This document shows, piece after piece, positions 1 through 10,085 of a stretch of DNA of 64,000 nt (its first letter is position 1; each line of letters begins with the position of its first letter). This stretch comes from a virus: positions 32,001 to 96,000 of IMG/VR virus record IMGVR_UViG_3300022848_000777; one strand, given 5' to 3'. The notes beneath the pieces are model-generated. The model saw only the letters and a program-made list of their open reading frames with translations. It ran no database searches and was not told the DNA's origin. The position numbers were made by a program, and so were the translations under genes.

Positions 1-450
1 ACTGAAAAATCACCACTAGAAAACTCATCTCAATTCTTAGGAGAAACTAATGTCAATGGATTAGAAAACTCATCTCAATTCTTAGGAGAAACTAATGTCA
101 ATGGATTAGAAAATAATTCCCAATTCTTAGGTGAAACTGAAAAATCACCACTAGAAAATAATTCCCAATTCTTAGGTGAAACTGAAAAATCACCACTAGA
201 AAATAATTCCCAATTCTTAGGTGAAACTGAAAAATCACCACTAGAAAATAATTCCCAATTTTTAGGAGAAACTGAAAAATCACCATTAGAAAACTCATCT
301 CAATTCTTAGGGGAAACTGACACGAAGCAATTAGGTAATGATTCTCAATTCTTAGGAGAAACTAATGTCAATGGATTAGAAAATAATTCTCAATTCTTAG
401 GAGAAACTGACACGAAGCAATTAGGTAATGATTCTCAATTCTTAGGTGAA
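1..450 (+). repeat. Coding tandem repeat, 10 x 45 bp (T-x5-x-N-x-SQFLGE-like 15-mers), begins before window
   Basis: Units start at 1,46,91...406; constant caattcttagg(a/t/g)gaaact core with three alternating variable segments (TEKSPLE, TNVNGLE, TDTKQLG). Confidence 0.95.
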
Positions 451-2241
451 ACTGAACCAACTACTGTAAACTTCATAAGTGATATGCATGCAGAGGGGTT
501 TACCCAAAATATAAAAGGAACTAAATATACAGGAATCAATAAAGTTGGTACAATATTTGACAGTACTAATTCATTATATTCTAATATAGACTCCAATTCT
601 TTTACAGTAGGTAGTACTTATGAGACTAATTTCCGAAAGCTTGGTGGGCTAAATTCAGGTGAAACTGGTTTTGGATTAGGTAAATCCCATGCAAAGAGAA
701 ATTCACCATCATACTTAGATGAGTTATATAATAGATATAATTTAAAAGATGATGCATATAATACACAATTTACATTATTTAAACATCCATTAATACTAAG
801 AGGGATTCAACGTCGAGGTGTTAATAAAAAAGAACCGCAATTTTGGGGTACTAAATTACAAAAGGGTTCTGTTAATTTAATTAGAGGTGGGGCATTAGCA
901 TCTACTGAAAGAGCGTTAGTTGATGTAGTAAGGATTTCAGGATGGTTGGCATCACCGCAGGGAGTATTATGGTCGACAATGCAGGTTGGATTACAACGAA
1001 CTAACAGATATGGAAAGCAGTGGACACCGTTAGGATTATTAGCAGCAGTTGGTGTTCAACATTTGGGATTAAAACCAGATAGAGCTGGAATATTACCATT
1101 CGCACCTAAACTATACAAATATGGTCAATTTGCTAATAGTGTAAATATATTAGGAACGGCTGGTCTCGGCCCTTTAGGTGTGGTGGTAAAGAAAACTCTT
1201 AGATATGAAGATATTATATCAATGTACCGAAAATTGGAATCTCAACCTGATAATCGTTATATGGCTTGGAAAAATGACAGAAGAGGTGGATTTGATTCTC
1301 TGTATGGTATTGGTCAGACTACAACAAATAGATTCACAAGCACATTTGGGAATGAAAAGAATACTGGAGTTGACAGTAGTATTGGATTAGATCCTCTAAA
1401 ATCCTATGAAACATTACCTCTTGATAAATTAGTAAAAAGTAACTCTAATAGATATAATGATTTCAGATTGAGCTTATCATTGGGGAATCAACACAGACAG
1501 TTGGCGCAGGATGCGGGCTATGATTTTCAGAAGATAAGAATCGGTTACGAGTCGCTACCGATTCTTAATTTAGATATCAATACAAGTAAAGGAATTTTAT
1601 TAGGAAATCCAGGTAAAGTTGATAAGGATTTGGTTAGTATATCTAAAACCACATCTGCAAAGTTATCCATTGATCGGGAACTGCATGATAGTTTAAACGC
1701 ATCAGATGTTTCAGCTAAAGAGCATAATGATTTAGTTAAATTTTGGATAAAAGCTGATGGTGGTGAGAGTGTTCAATTTAGAGGAACTATTAATGGTCTC
1801 AATGACACATTTTCTCCAGGATGGGATTCTTTTAAATATAACGGTCGTGCAGATCAATCATATAAATACAGTACATTCGAACGATCTGTAACTTTCAATT
1901 TTCAAGTATATGCAACATCCAGGGTTGAAATGAAACCGATTTGGAATAAAATAAATTACTTAGCAACGATGACTATGCCTAAATATGGTGGTTCTCCTGG
2001 ATATGAAGGTACGTTAGTTAATTTCACATTAGGTGATTTGTATAAAAAGAAATTAGCATTTGTGGAATCTCTGAATTACACTATGCCTGATGAATTACCT
2101 TGGGATATTAACCATGATGATAATTTAGCAGTAATACCAACGGGAATTGATGTAAACATATCCTTTAGAATATTAGATAATCTAAGACCTGAAATCGGCC
2201 AAAAAGTTTATGATGCTAATTTTATAACAACTTATTTATAA
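1..2241 (+). CDS. Structural (baseplate/tail-tube-initiator-like) protein, 5'-truncated by window, with N-terminal 15-aa repeats
   Basis: Frame 1 is open from base 1 into the track ORF 484..2241; C-terminal ~170 aa (QFRGTINGLNDTFSPGW..YNGRAD..Y.TFERSVTFNF) resembles contractile-tail tube-related baseplate proteins; followed by a LysM wedge gene. Confidence 0.6.
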   Translation, partial: TEKSPLENSSQFLGETNVNGLENSSQFLGETNVNGLENNSQFLGETEKSPLENNSQFLGETEKSPLENNSQFLGETEKSPLENNSQFLGETEKSPLENSSQFLGETDTKQLGNDSQFLGETNVNGLENNSQFLGETDTKQLGNDSQFLGETEPTTVNFISDMHAEGFTQNIKGTKYTGINKVGTIFDSTNSLYSNIDSNSFTVGSTYETNFRKLGGLNSGETGFGLGKSHAKRNSPSYLDELYNRYNLKDDAYNTQFTLFKHPLILRGIQRRGVNKKEPQFWGTKLQKGSVNLIRGGALASTERALVDVVRISGWLASPQGVLWSTMQVGLQRTNRYGKQWTPLGLLAAVGVQHLGLKPDRAGILPFAPKLYKYGQFANSVNILGTAGLGPLGVVVKKTLRYEDIISMYRKLESQPDNRYMAWKNDRRGGFDSLYGIGQTTTNRFTSTFGNEKNTGVDSSIGLDPLKSYETLPLDKLVKSNSNRYNDFRLSLSLGNQHRQLAQDAGYDFQKIRIGYESLPILNLDINTSKGILLGNPGKVDKDLVSISKTTSAKLSIDRELHDSLNASDVSAKEHNDLVKFWIKADGGESVQFRGTINGLNDTFSPGWDSFKYNGRADQSYKYSTFERSVTFNFQVYATSRVEMKPIWNKINYLATMTMPKYGGSPGYEGTLVNFTLGDLYKKKLAFVESLNYTMPDELPWDINHDDNLAVIPTGIDVNISFRILDNLRPEIGQKVYDANFITTYL

Positions 2242-2245
2242 TCCA

Positions 2246-2542
2246 ATGAATAGATATGATAAAATACAAATTCGAAATACAGATAGAGGTAGACGATATA
2301 GATCTACCGTAAAGTACCCTATCATAAGAAATAAACCTACTGATATATACATCATCGGTAGAATTGGTGATAGGTTAGATAACCTATCATATATGTATTA
2401 TGGTGATACTCGATTCTGGTGGATTATAGCCAGAGCAAATAATATTGGTAAGGGTGACTTAAATGTGCCTAATGGAATCCAATTGAGAATACCACAAGAA
2501 CATCTTAGTGTAATCGATGAATATAATAAAATAAATTCATAA
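2246..2542 (+). CDS. LysM-like baseplate wedge / tail X-like protein
   Basis: GDRLDNLSYMYYGDTRFWWIIARAN...GIQLRIP motif. Confidence 0.8.
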   Translation: MNRYDKIQIRNTDRGRRYRSTVKYPIIRNKPTDIYIIGRIGDRLDNLSYMYYGDTRFWWIIARANNIGKGDLNVPNGIQLRIPQEHLSVIDEYNKINS

Positions 2543-2543
2543 T

Positions 2544-4604
2544 ATGAGCTTAAATTTTAATCCAGATTTTCCAAAAGATATAAGTTCTACTCTAAACAGT
2601 AGAGCTAGTAACGTGTCTAATCGGGAAAAGAATTGGAATTACAAAAAGTATGCTTGGGTTAATATATCCACTACAGGCAAAACAAAATCTATTATATGTA
2701 CTCAAAAAATGAGTATTGGTGATGGTAATATTAGATCGGGTGGAGCTGCATCATTATACACATCTGAGGGATCTGTAAGAAAATACAAACCAACTTTAAA
2801 TTCAGTTAATATATCCAATAATGCTGCTGGTGGTGATTATGTAGATGCATATTTATATGAAGTAGATGCATCATTTAAAGTATTTACATTGGTAGATTTA
2901 GAATTGGTAGAGCAATCCTTTTTCAGAATCGGTGCAGAAATGAAAGTGGAATTTGGGTGGAGAAATCGAACTAGTGATGGTGATAGTGGTGTAGTATACG
3001 CTAATATTTATAACTTTTCATACTCAATAGACAGTGATGGTGGTTATAATTGTGAAGTTAAGGCTATAAGCCCATCTGCTTTATGGCAATCTGATGAATT
3101 GGGTAGTACTGTTCCACCTATAGTTAATTATTTTGAAGATTTGGAAAACGAACTTAAAATTGCTTTTGGTGTTGAAGATTCAGATGACACCTTATCAGCT
3201 GCATCATCAGATGATGGCGCAGTATCAGATATAGGTGAAATGTCAGATGTATTACAATTAGAAAGAACTTACAAACCGAAATTCTTATATATTGTAATGG
3301 ATACTGCGCCATTTTATTCCTTATTTGGTGATGATACGTTTATAAAATATACAACATTAGGTACGTTAATTAGATATATTAATGATAAGCAATTAAAATT
3401 AACCATTGGTGGTGAGAATCCTGATTTTAAATATGAGACAACCAATGCTGGAGAGCCAGGTTCGGATTTCCCACAATTAGAAGAAATAGGTTCTGCCGAT
3501 CCTACTAAATTCATATTGCCAGGTATACAATCATCATATGGTAAACGATTTAAAGATGATGATCGGCAGACAAATATGGCATCTTGGCCTGAGAAACTAA
3601 CAGATGATGTTGATGTTTCGAGAATAGCATCAATAGCAGTTTCCATTGGGTATTGTAATAGGGTGTGGAATGATGCAGCAGAATCTGCTGAAACTAAAGG
3701 TGGCCTAAAGCAAAATCCCAAAATAAGTGAATTTTTTACTAAAATATTTGAAGAATTGGAATATTTAACGGGTGGTTTGTTAAGTTTGGGGTTTGTTCCT
3801 ACTGATAGTGATGGAAACCTACACACACAACTCAGTGATAGCACTGATACTATTATAATGAAGTTAATAAATAGAAAAAATGTTACAAATAAATCATTAT
3901 TTAATAAAAGCACTGTTTATGAATTTAAAACATTAGGTGATGATTCTATTTTAAAATCAGTTTCATTGGAAAGTAATTTTGATTCAGATTACATTATGAT
4001 GGCGAGTCGGAAATCACTGAGTGCTAATTCATCTAATTATAAAGCAGCACTTGGCATTTTTACATGCCCAGAACCAATCGAAACACTTACCACACCAAAT
4101 ACTGAATCTGAAAATGATAACACCACGGGTCAACGAAATATTAATAATTTTAATAATGGGCCAGGCTTAGTGAAAGATGTGAAGCTATCATTTGAAAAAC
4201 AAATAGGTGATTACAGTGCGGGTGATATACCAGCACCCCCAGTTGAGGTAAAAACATCAGCTACTAATTTGAGAGATATACGGCATAAATACGGACAATT
4301 GGGAATGGATGATTTCAATATAACATCATATGCAAATGCTTGCAAGAATCATATATTGCAAAACGCAAGAACTGATCGACAATTAAAAGAAAATAGATAT
4401 TCTGAAATCTTATTCACTCTTGATTTAGGAGTCACTATTGATGGTATTTGGGGAATTCCCTTACTATCACCGATAATTATAGATCGAATACCAACATCAT
4501 TTAAAAAGAAGGGTGTTAAGTTCTCAGTGATCGCGGCAGATCATGCATTCGATGGGCAGGGAAATTGGGATACTTCACTTAAAACTGTTATGAGGATAAT
4601 ATAA
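2544..4604 (+). CDS. Putative baseplate hub-like structural protein
   Basis: 686 aa; VEFGW..NFSYSI...YNCEV and C-terminal VTIDGIWGI..DRIP..HAF...WDTSL motifs; baseplate context. Confidence 0.5.
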   Translation: MSLNFNPDFPKDISSTLNSRASNVSNREKNWNYKKYAWVNISTTGKTKSIICTQKMSIGDGNIRSGGAASLYTSEGSVRKYKPTLNSVNISNNAAGGDYVDAYLYEVDASFKVFTLVDLELVEQSFFRIGAEMKVEFGWRNRTSDGDSGVVYANIYNFSYSIDSDGGYNCEVKAISPSALWQSDELGSTVPPIVNYFEDLENELKIAFGVEDSDDTLSAASSDDGAVSDIGEMSDVLQLERTYKPKFLYIVMDTAPFYSLFGDDTFIKYTTLGTLIRYINDKQLKLTIGGENPDFKYETTNAGEPGSDFPQLEEIGSADPTKFILPGIQSSYGKRFKDDDRQTNMASWPEKLTDDVDVSRIASIAVSIGYCNRVWNDAAESAETKGGLKQNPKISEFFTKIFEELEYLTGGLLSLGFVPTDSDGNLHTQLSDSTDTIIMKLINRKNVTNKSLFNKSTVYEFKTLGDDSILKSVSLESNFDSDYIMMASRKSLSANSSNYKAALGIFTCPEPIETLTTPNTESENDNTTGQRNINNFNNGPGLVKDVKLSFEKQIGDYSAGDIPAPPVEVKTSATNLRDIRHKYGQLGMDDFNITSYANACKNHILQNARTDRQLKENRYSEILFTLDLGVTIDGIWGIPLLSPIIIDRIPTSFKKKGVKFSVIAADHAFDGQGNWDTSLKTVMRII

Positions 4605-5239
4605 TGGCTGATAATCGAAGAAGAGTATATTATACAAAAGATCAAATCACCGATGGGTTATTAACCGATGGTGAAGAATTTATGTCGACTAGTGGTATTG
4701 AGTACAAAGGTCAATATCATAAATATAGCACTGGAGAGGTATTCACAGAAGCAACCTATATAGATGGTAAATCATCAAAGTTGATTCCATATGTAGATTT
4801 GAATAATGATGTTACATCAATAAATGGAATTTCTATAGATTTAGGAAAATCATTTGAATATGATGGTATAAAAGAAATTGAGATACCATCATCTTCGATG
4901 CCTAATTCTTCAAAAAATAAACCAATAGATAGTGATTATTACAAAGGGTATGTTATTAGATATTTCGGTACAAAAGTAAATGAAGATCGTGTTATAGAAT
5001 TATCTGAAAAAGATTTTAAAAAAGTTGGTAAGTCAAATGGATTACCAAAACTACTTTGGAATTCATTCTTATTAAGATGGAAGGTATCGGGTCAAATTGA
5101 TGATATACTCAATCCAAATGGAACTATTAATCAACCTGGAGTTATATCCACAAATAAACGTACAATTGATTTACTATCAGAGGATTATCCGACATTAAGG
5201 GGTATTTTAACAAATCTAACTGAATTTTATCAACCGTAA
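4604..5239 (+). CDS. Conserved phage protein, probably structural
   Basis: TAATG coupling; GEEF..SGIEYKGQYH and YVIRYF motifs. Confidence 0.5.
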   Translation: MADNRRRVYYTKDQITDGLLTDGEEFMSTSGIEYKGQYHKYSTGEVFTEATYIDGKSSKLIPYVDLNNDVTSINGISIDLGKSFEYDGIKEIEIPSSSMPNSSKNKPIDSDYYKGYVIRYFGTKVNEDRVIELSEKDFKKVGKSNGLPKLLWNSFLLRWKVSGQIDDILNPNGTINQPGVISTNKRTIDLLSEDYPTLRGILTNLTEFYQP

Positions 5240-5240
5240 A

Positions 5241-5271
5241 TTTGGAATTTCATAAAGTAATTCGTATATTG
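5241..5271 (+). promoter_or_regulatory. Class B promoter TTTGG-N19-TATATTG
   Basis: Same bipartite motif with identical spacing at ten intergenic sites; resembles Bacteroidota -33/-7 promoter. Confidence 0.75.
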
Positions 5272-5287
5272 TACCAAATCAAAAAGT

Positions 5288-5542
5288 ATGGATACTCCAA
5301 TTACAGAAAAAGATCAGCAAGAATTATACGAAAAATACGCCCCAGTTCCATTTCAACGTAGTTATTCCCGAAATTCATTACTTTTATTATTATCATTACC
5401 ATTAGTGTGGAATCCATTCCATCACTGCGAATGGCTTTATTGGAAATATGGTAAGGCTGATCGGTTACATAGAATATGTTGGACGTGTCGTAAGAAAGAA
5501 AAAAAACATCAAGGTGAGTGGGTAAAAGATCCAGTACTATGA
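5288..5542 (+). CDS. Hypothetical protein
   Basis: ORF downstream of promoter; ATGA overlap with next gene. Confidence 0.55.
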   Translation: MDTPITEKDQQELYEKYAPVPFQRSYSRNSLLLLLSLPLVWNPFHHCEWLYWKYGKADRLHRICWTCRKKEKKHQGEWVKDPVL

Positions 5543-6783
5543 TTAACTATATAATGAGTGGTTCAATATCCACTACAAATGCATTTGTGTATCCATTGTG
5601 GATGAGTGATACTATACACTCAGCAGTAGTTGGGTTATCAATTATATACATATATGATTTGGATTCTGAAAAGGAATATATTATAAATATAAATCATATG
5701 GATTCTGATAAAACTACGTTAAATGATGTTCAGTTGGATATCGACACGGCTTTTATATACAATATGAAATCAGCATTAAACTCAGAACTTAGGTTTAATA
5801 ATATGTATGATGCTGATATGTTGAAGTACTTACAGAAAAACGAAAAGTTGATCGATGAATTTACAACAGCTCATACGTTTTTCCATAGGAAATTTAGAAA
5901 CCTACAATTGATAAATAATTATATACCGATTGTAAAGCATTTAGAATCAATACGTGAATCTTTAGATGATTTTTTGAAATTCTACGAAAATCGAGATGGT
6001 GAATTGTTAGAGAAATTTTCAAAGTATTACTGCAAATCACTGTACGGTGTGGAGTCTAATGGTATTATGACAACAACAGGGTTAGAATATACCCACTACA
6101 ACCCATATACTTTGACATCCAGACCATCAAATACATTTAATGGTACAAACTATGCGGCACTTAAAAAAGATGATGATACCCGTAGTAGATTCATTTCCAG
6201 ATTTGTAGATGGTAAACTGATTCAATTCGATTATGATGCATATCACGTTCGTATTATAGCTGAAATGATAGGGTTTGAATTACCAATCGATCAATCGGCT
6301 CATAAGATTTTGAAAGAATACTATGGTGATGTATCATATGGTGATGCAAAGGGTATCACATTTAGACAATTATACGGTGGCGTTGAAGATAAGTACGCAC
6401 ATATTCCATTCTATCAAAGAATTGAGAATTTCAAAGATATTCTTTGGGATGATTTTCAAAAAAATGGTTATATAGAAACTGAATTAGGTAGAAAAATGAA
6501 AAAAGAATACTATACTGATTTCAATAAGAATAAACTATTCAATTACTTATTACAATCGACTGAGACTGAAAAGAACCTACAGAAAGTTTTAGAAATAAAT
6601 AAACAATTAGAGGATTATAAATCTAAGTTAGTTTTATATACCTACGATTCATACTTATTTGATGTATCACCCGATGAAGCTGGTGTATTATCTAAATTGA
6701 AAATACTTATAGATGAGGGTAATTTCCCCAGTAAGATTGAAATAGGTGAAAATTATTCCAAAATGGAAAGTTTTAATAAATGA
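5539..6783 (+). CDS. Compact family A DNA polymerase-like protein
   Basis: TLTSRPS, DYDAYHVRII (motif A), AKGITFRQLYG (motif B), LLQS, YTYDSYLFDV (motif C variant); ATG 5539 overlaps upstream TGA. Confidence 0.8.
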   Translation: MINYIMSGSISTTNAFVYPLWMSDTIHSAVVGLSIIYIYDLDSEKEYIININHMDSDKTTLNDVQLDIDTAFIYNMKSALNSELRFNNMYDADMLKYLQKNEKLIDEFTTAHTFFHRKFRNLQLINNYIPIVKHLESIRESLDDFLKFYENRDGELLEKFSKYYCKSLYGVESNGIMTTTGLEYTHYNPYTLTSRPSNTFNGTNYAALKKDDDTRSRFISRFVDGKLIQFDYDAYHVRIIAEMIGFELPIDQSAHKILKEYYGDVSYGDAKGITFRQLYGGVEDKYAHIPFYQRIENFKDILWDDFQKNGYIETELGRKMKKEYYTDFNKNKLFNYLLQSTETEKNLQKVLEINKQLEDYKSKLVLYTYDSYLFDVSPDEAGVLSKLKILIDEGNFPSKIEIGENYSKMESFNK

Positions 6784-9103
6784 GATTGATATGTTAGATG
6801 GATTTATAGATGAATTAGTGGGTGATTGGTGGGTTGAATGTAGATTTAAGGAAATTTATTTAGACCCGAATAATAGCAGATGCCTATCCATATTGGAAAC
6901 TATGCTACGTGATAAATATGATTTCTCAGAACATGCAATAAATTATGTAACTGAGTTGATGAAAACACCATCTCGACCGACACCAACACATCTTGATCGC
7001 AAAGGCCCTACTGATTCTGGTATAGATGTAGAGGATGATGAAACATCAGTATCAGCTCACATTGATGGTTTTGATGAAGATGAAGAGGAAACTGATGATG
7101 AAGAAAATGAAGATGATGAATTAAATGAAGAAGTTTGGGTTAAGAATATTAAATCAGGTAACGTATATAAAGCAAAAGAACTTAATCCCAAAACACAAAC
7201 AAAACCATCTGATCAGGAAATAAGTCAGAAAGAAAAAGAAGGTGATTCGCAAAGTAGTAAAGATGATACCACATCTGATGATAATGATTCGAATGATGAT
7301 AATCAAGCCGATCAGCCAGATGAGGATACTGATGCGAGAGATAAAGCGGAAGCTGATATAAAAGTAAATTCATTAACAGCATTAGAAAAAGCTCAAAAAA
7401 ATGAAAAGGAAGAATCTAATACTGATAAATCATACGAATCGGCAAAGCAAAAAGTAAAAGAACTATATGGTGATGGTGGTAAGTTACTTCAAAACTCAAA
7501 AACTTCCGATCAATCATTAAATAAGGGGTTCCAAGAAGGAAAAGATTGGGTAGCGAGAGGAAATGCTGGTTCAAACTTTAATGAGAATATGTCTAATGAG
7601 GCATCTCTAATCATTGAAAAATATTCTGATATTAGTGAATCTGAATTATCATCTATTATCTTTGAAAAAAGTAAAAATACTAAATTAGGTAAGCAACAAA
7701 AAAAAACAATAATTCAAAGTCCAAGTCAAAATGATAGGGGTGAAATACCATCTTCTATATCAGCAAATGAGAGGGATTTATATAGAGCATGTATTATAGC
7801 AGCTCGATCAGGTGTAACAAAATCAAAAAGAGCAAATGAAGGTGCTAAATTAGCACAAGAAAAAGTTGGGTTTGGTAAAGAAACTAAAATATCATCATTT
7901 GGTGGTACTACTAAGGATAAAGAAAATCTAAAAAAAAAAATAGATTCAGCTGAAAAGATATATGTTACAGATGATGGGGGGGTAATCGAAGTACCTAAAG
8001 ATGCAATGCAAGAATGGGTAGATGGTTCAGGTGGTGGTGAAAACGCATCCGATACGGTAGTTATTACGGAAGATGAAAATGGTAATTTAATTTACGATGG
8101 TTGGAGTGATAAAAAAGGATTTAGTGATATTCAAGGGAATTCTACTCTAAATGATGATTATACAAAACAAACTAAAAATATCGATTCATTAGAAAAAAGT
8201 GGTAGAGTTAGTAAAGAAGATGCATCCAAAGCAAAATCTATTGTAGAGGATTCTAAAAAACAAAGTTCTGAAATTGAAAAGAACTATAATAATGCGGCTT
8301 TACAAGAAGCTAAGTTTTTAGGAACTTATACGGGTGAGGATAGGGGTAGATTAGTTAAGAATCTTAAAAAGTTAGAAGCTGGTTTTAAATCATCTGGTAT
8401 AAAAAATGATGTAGCTGATGCTATGAAAAAATATAAAGTTAAATCTCACGATGAACTATTAGATAAACTATCTGATGAAGCAGGTAGGGGTAAATCATCA
8501 TCAAATAGATTGAGACTTATTTCTAGATTAGCAGGAGAAGAAAGGAAGTTCCAAAAAGTTAATGGTAATGAAGTTCCTAATGAGTTAGATACTAATAAGC
8601 TAATATCTTCATCTAGAGAAAAGGCATTATCACTTCAAAGGGAAACTCATAACAAACTAAATGAGATAACAGGAAAAACATCAAGTGGTAAAGAAAAACC
8701 ATTAGGTGCTATTATAGGTTTCCAAGAAACAATAGATTTCTTACACTTAGATAAAATTAAAGAAGCTGATGCGGGTGATTTTAAACAAGTGTTAAAAAGA
8801 AATACTCAGTTAGTAATGGCAGGTAAGGATGTTACACCAAAAGCACTAAAAAAATGTTTAGGTGTAGATAATCTAAAAGATGCAGAGGATAACTTTGTGG
8901 TTGTTAGTGATGAAAAATTAATAAAAAATAAAGAAAAAACACTTACTACTGGTAAAGTTGTTTATATATACGCAGTTGACCAGAAAGATAGTAGTAGAAA
9001 GTTTATTGGTGAAAAACGATATCGTTCAAGATCAGGCGCAACAGGTAAAACTACAAATACAATTCAATGGTCACCTGATATGCAAAAATGTTTTGATAAG
9101 TAA
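6746..9103 (+). CDS. Large hypothetical protein with acidic linker
   Basis: 785-aa ORF; D/E-rich region; LINE/LNEE motifs; possible nuclease-like motif SDTVV..D.NG....WSDKK. Confidence 0.6.
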   Translation: MKIIPKWKVLINEIDMLDGFIDELVGDWWVECRFKEIYLDPNNSRCLSILETMLRDKYDFSEHAINYVTELMKTPSRPTPTHLDRKGPTDSGIDVEDDETSVSAHIDGFDEDEEETDDEENEDDELNEEVWVKNIKSGNVYKAKELNPKTQTKPSDQEISQKEKEGDSQSSKDDTTSDDNDSNDDNQADQPDEDTDARDKAEADIKVNSLTALEKAQKNEKEESNTDKSYESAKQKVKELYGDGGKLLQNSKTSDQSLNKGFQEGKDWVARGNAGSNFNENMSNEASLIIEKYSDISESELSSIIFEKSKNTKLGKQQKKTIIQSPSQNDRGEIPSSISANERDLYRACIIAARSGVTKSKRANEGAKLAQEKVGFGKETKISSFGGTTKDKENLKKKIDSAEKIYVTDDGGVIEVPKDAMQEWVDGSGGGENASDTVVITEDENGNLIYDGWSDKKGFSDIQGNSTLNDDYTKQTKNIDSLEKSGRVSKEDASKAKSIVEDSKKQSSEIEKNYNNAALQEAKFLGTYTGEDRGRLVKNLKKLEAGFKSSGIKNDVADAMKKYKVKSHDELLDKLSDEAGRGKSSSNRLRLISRLAGEERKFQKVNGNEVPNELDTNKLISSSREKALSLQRETHNKLNEITGKTSSGKEKPLGAIIGFQETIDFLHLDKIKEADAGDFKQVLKRNTQLVMAGKDVTPKALKKCLGVDNLKDAEDNFVVVSDEKLIKNKEKTLTTGKVVYIYAVDQKDSSRKFIGEKRYRSRSGATGKTTNTIQWSPDMQKCFDK

Positions 9104-9117
9104 AACGGAGAGAATGG

Positions 9118-9507
9118 GTGAGAACGCAACTACTATGTACTTTCACAAACGAAAGTCAAATCGATGAAACGATAGAAAAAATACAAAAAGAATATCAACT
9201 ATTTACAGATATGATATTTATACTTAAATTAGATGATGATGATAAGTATATAATAACTTATAATGTAATGGCTGGTGGAAACTTCCAATTTTTAAAAGAT
9301 ACTATTTTAGTACATAGAAAAAAGGAAACAAACACATTATATACTATAAACTCACTAAATAATTTAATTCGTGATTTAAATTATGGTGAATTAGATAACT
9401 CATTCATAGTTGATTGGGGTAATTATCAAAATTCAGTAATACTTAGTGATGGTGGTGGTTATAGGGTAATTGGTACACAATTGCACAACATTTTTAGATT
9501 GAATTAA
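9118..9507 (+). CDS. Conserved phage hypothetical protein
   Basis: GTG start; QLLCTF..TYNV..VHRKKETNTLYTINSLN motif upstream of SSB/RecA. Confidence 0.7.
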   Translation: MRTQLLCTFTNESQIDETIEKIQKEYQLFTDMIFILKLDDDDKYIITYNVMAGGNFQFLKDTILVHRKKETNTLYTINSLNNLIRDLNYGELDNSFIVDWGNYQNSVILSDGGGYRVIGTQLHNIFRLN

Positions 9508-9516
9508 AATTATTTG

Positions 9517-9525
9517 ATACTTATA
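9517..9525 (+). promoter_or_regulatory. Putative late promoter ATACTTATA
   Basis: Recurrent ATA(C/T)TTATA motif shortly upstream of starts. Confidence 0.55.
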
Positions 9526-9544
9526 CATACACAAGGAAACTACT

Positions 9545-9976
9545 ATGGCTAATATACAAAAGAATAGAAAATTAATGGTTGAGCAAATGGGTTCTATTAG
9601 AAAACTCTTAACTGAATATGGAACAATGCCACCATCCAAAAATGGAGTTGATATAGATAAATACGTACTTGATTTTCAAATCAAAGTAGGTACTAGCTCG
9701 AAGGTGGGTTCGTTTACACCTAATATGGATTCGCATTCAGGAACCGTAACCTGAGAAAGTCCGAAGCATGATGCAACTATACTAGCAACCCCATTCTGGG
9801 ATCATAATCCACATCTACCCATTAGGATTGAGTCATATGATGGTACGGTGATACTCGATAAGGTACTCAAATTCAAACCTACATATGACATGGATACGGA
9901 TATGAAAACATATCAAAAAATGTTAAAACCATTTTTGAAAGTGGCAAAATCATTGAAGGCTCGGGGCTGGAAATAA
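9545..9976 (+). pseudogene. Hypothetical protein interrupted by in-frame TGA at 9752 (pseudogene, readthrough or error)
   Basis: Frame stays open and protein-like for 73 codons after TGA until TAA 9974-9976. Confidence 0.6.
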
Positions 9977-10025
9977 AGTAATTATAAAAGAAAATTAAAA
10001 ATTAAAAAATAAATATTAAAAAAAG

Positions 10026-10056
10026 CTTGGTTATCACAAAGATAATCACTATATTG
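10026..10056 (+). promoter_or_regulatory. Class B promoter CTTGG-N19-TATATTG
   Basis: Motif and spacing match other copies. Confidence 0.7.
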
Positions 10057-10085
10057 TACAAAATAAATAATAAAAACTAAAAATT

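Noticed and set aside
1-450. CRISPR-like array
   Set aside because: The variable parts recur, the period is exactly 45 bp and the tract is in-frame coding
9752-9754. Genome-wide stop codon reassignment
   Set aside because: TGA, TAG and TAA all end intact genes and coding density is high with the standard code
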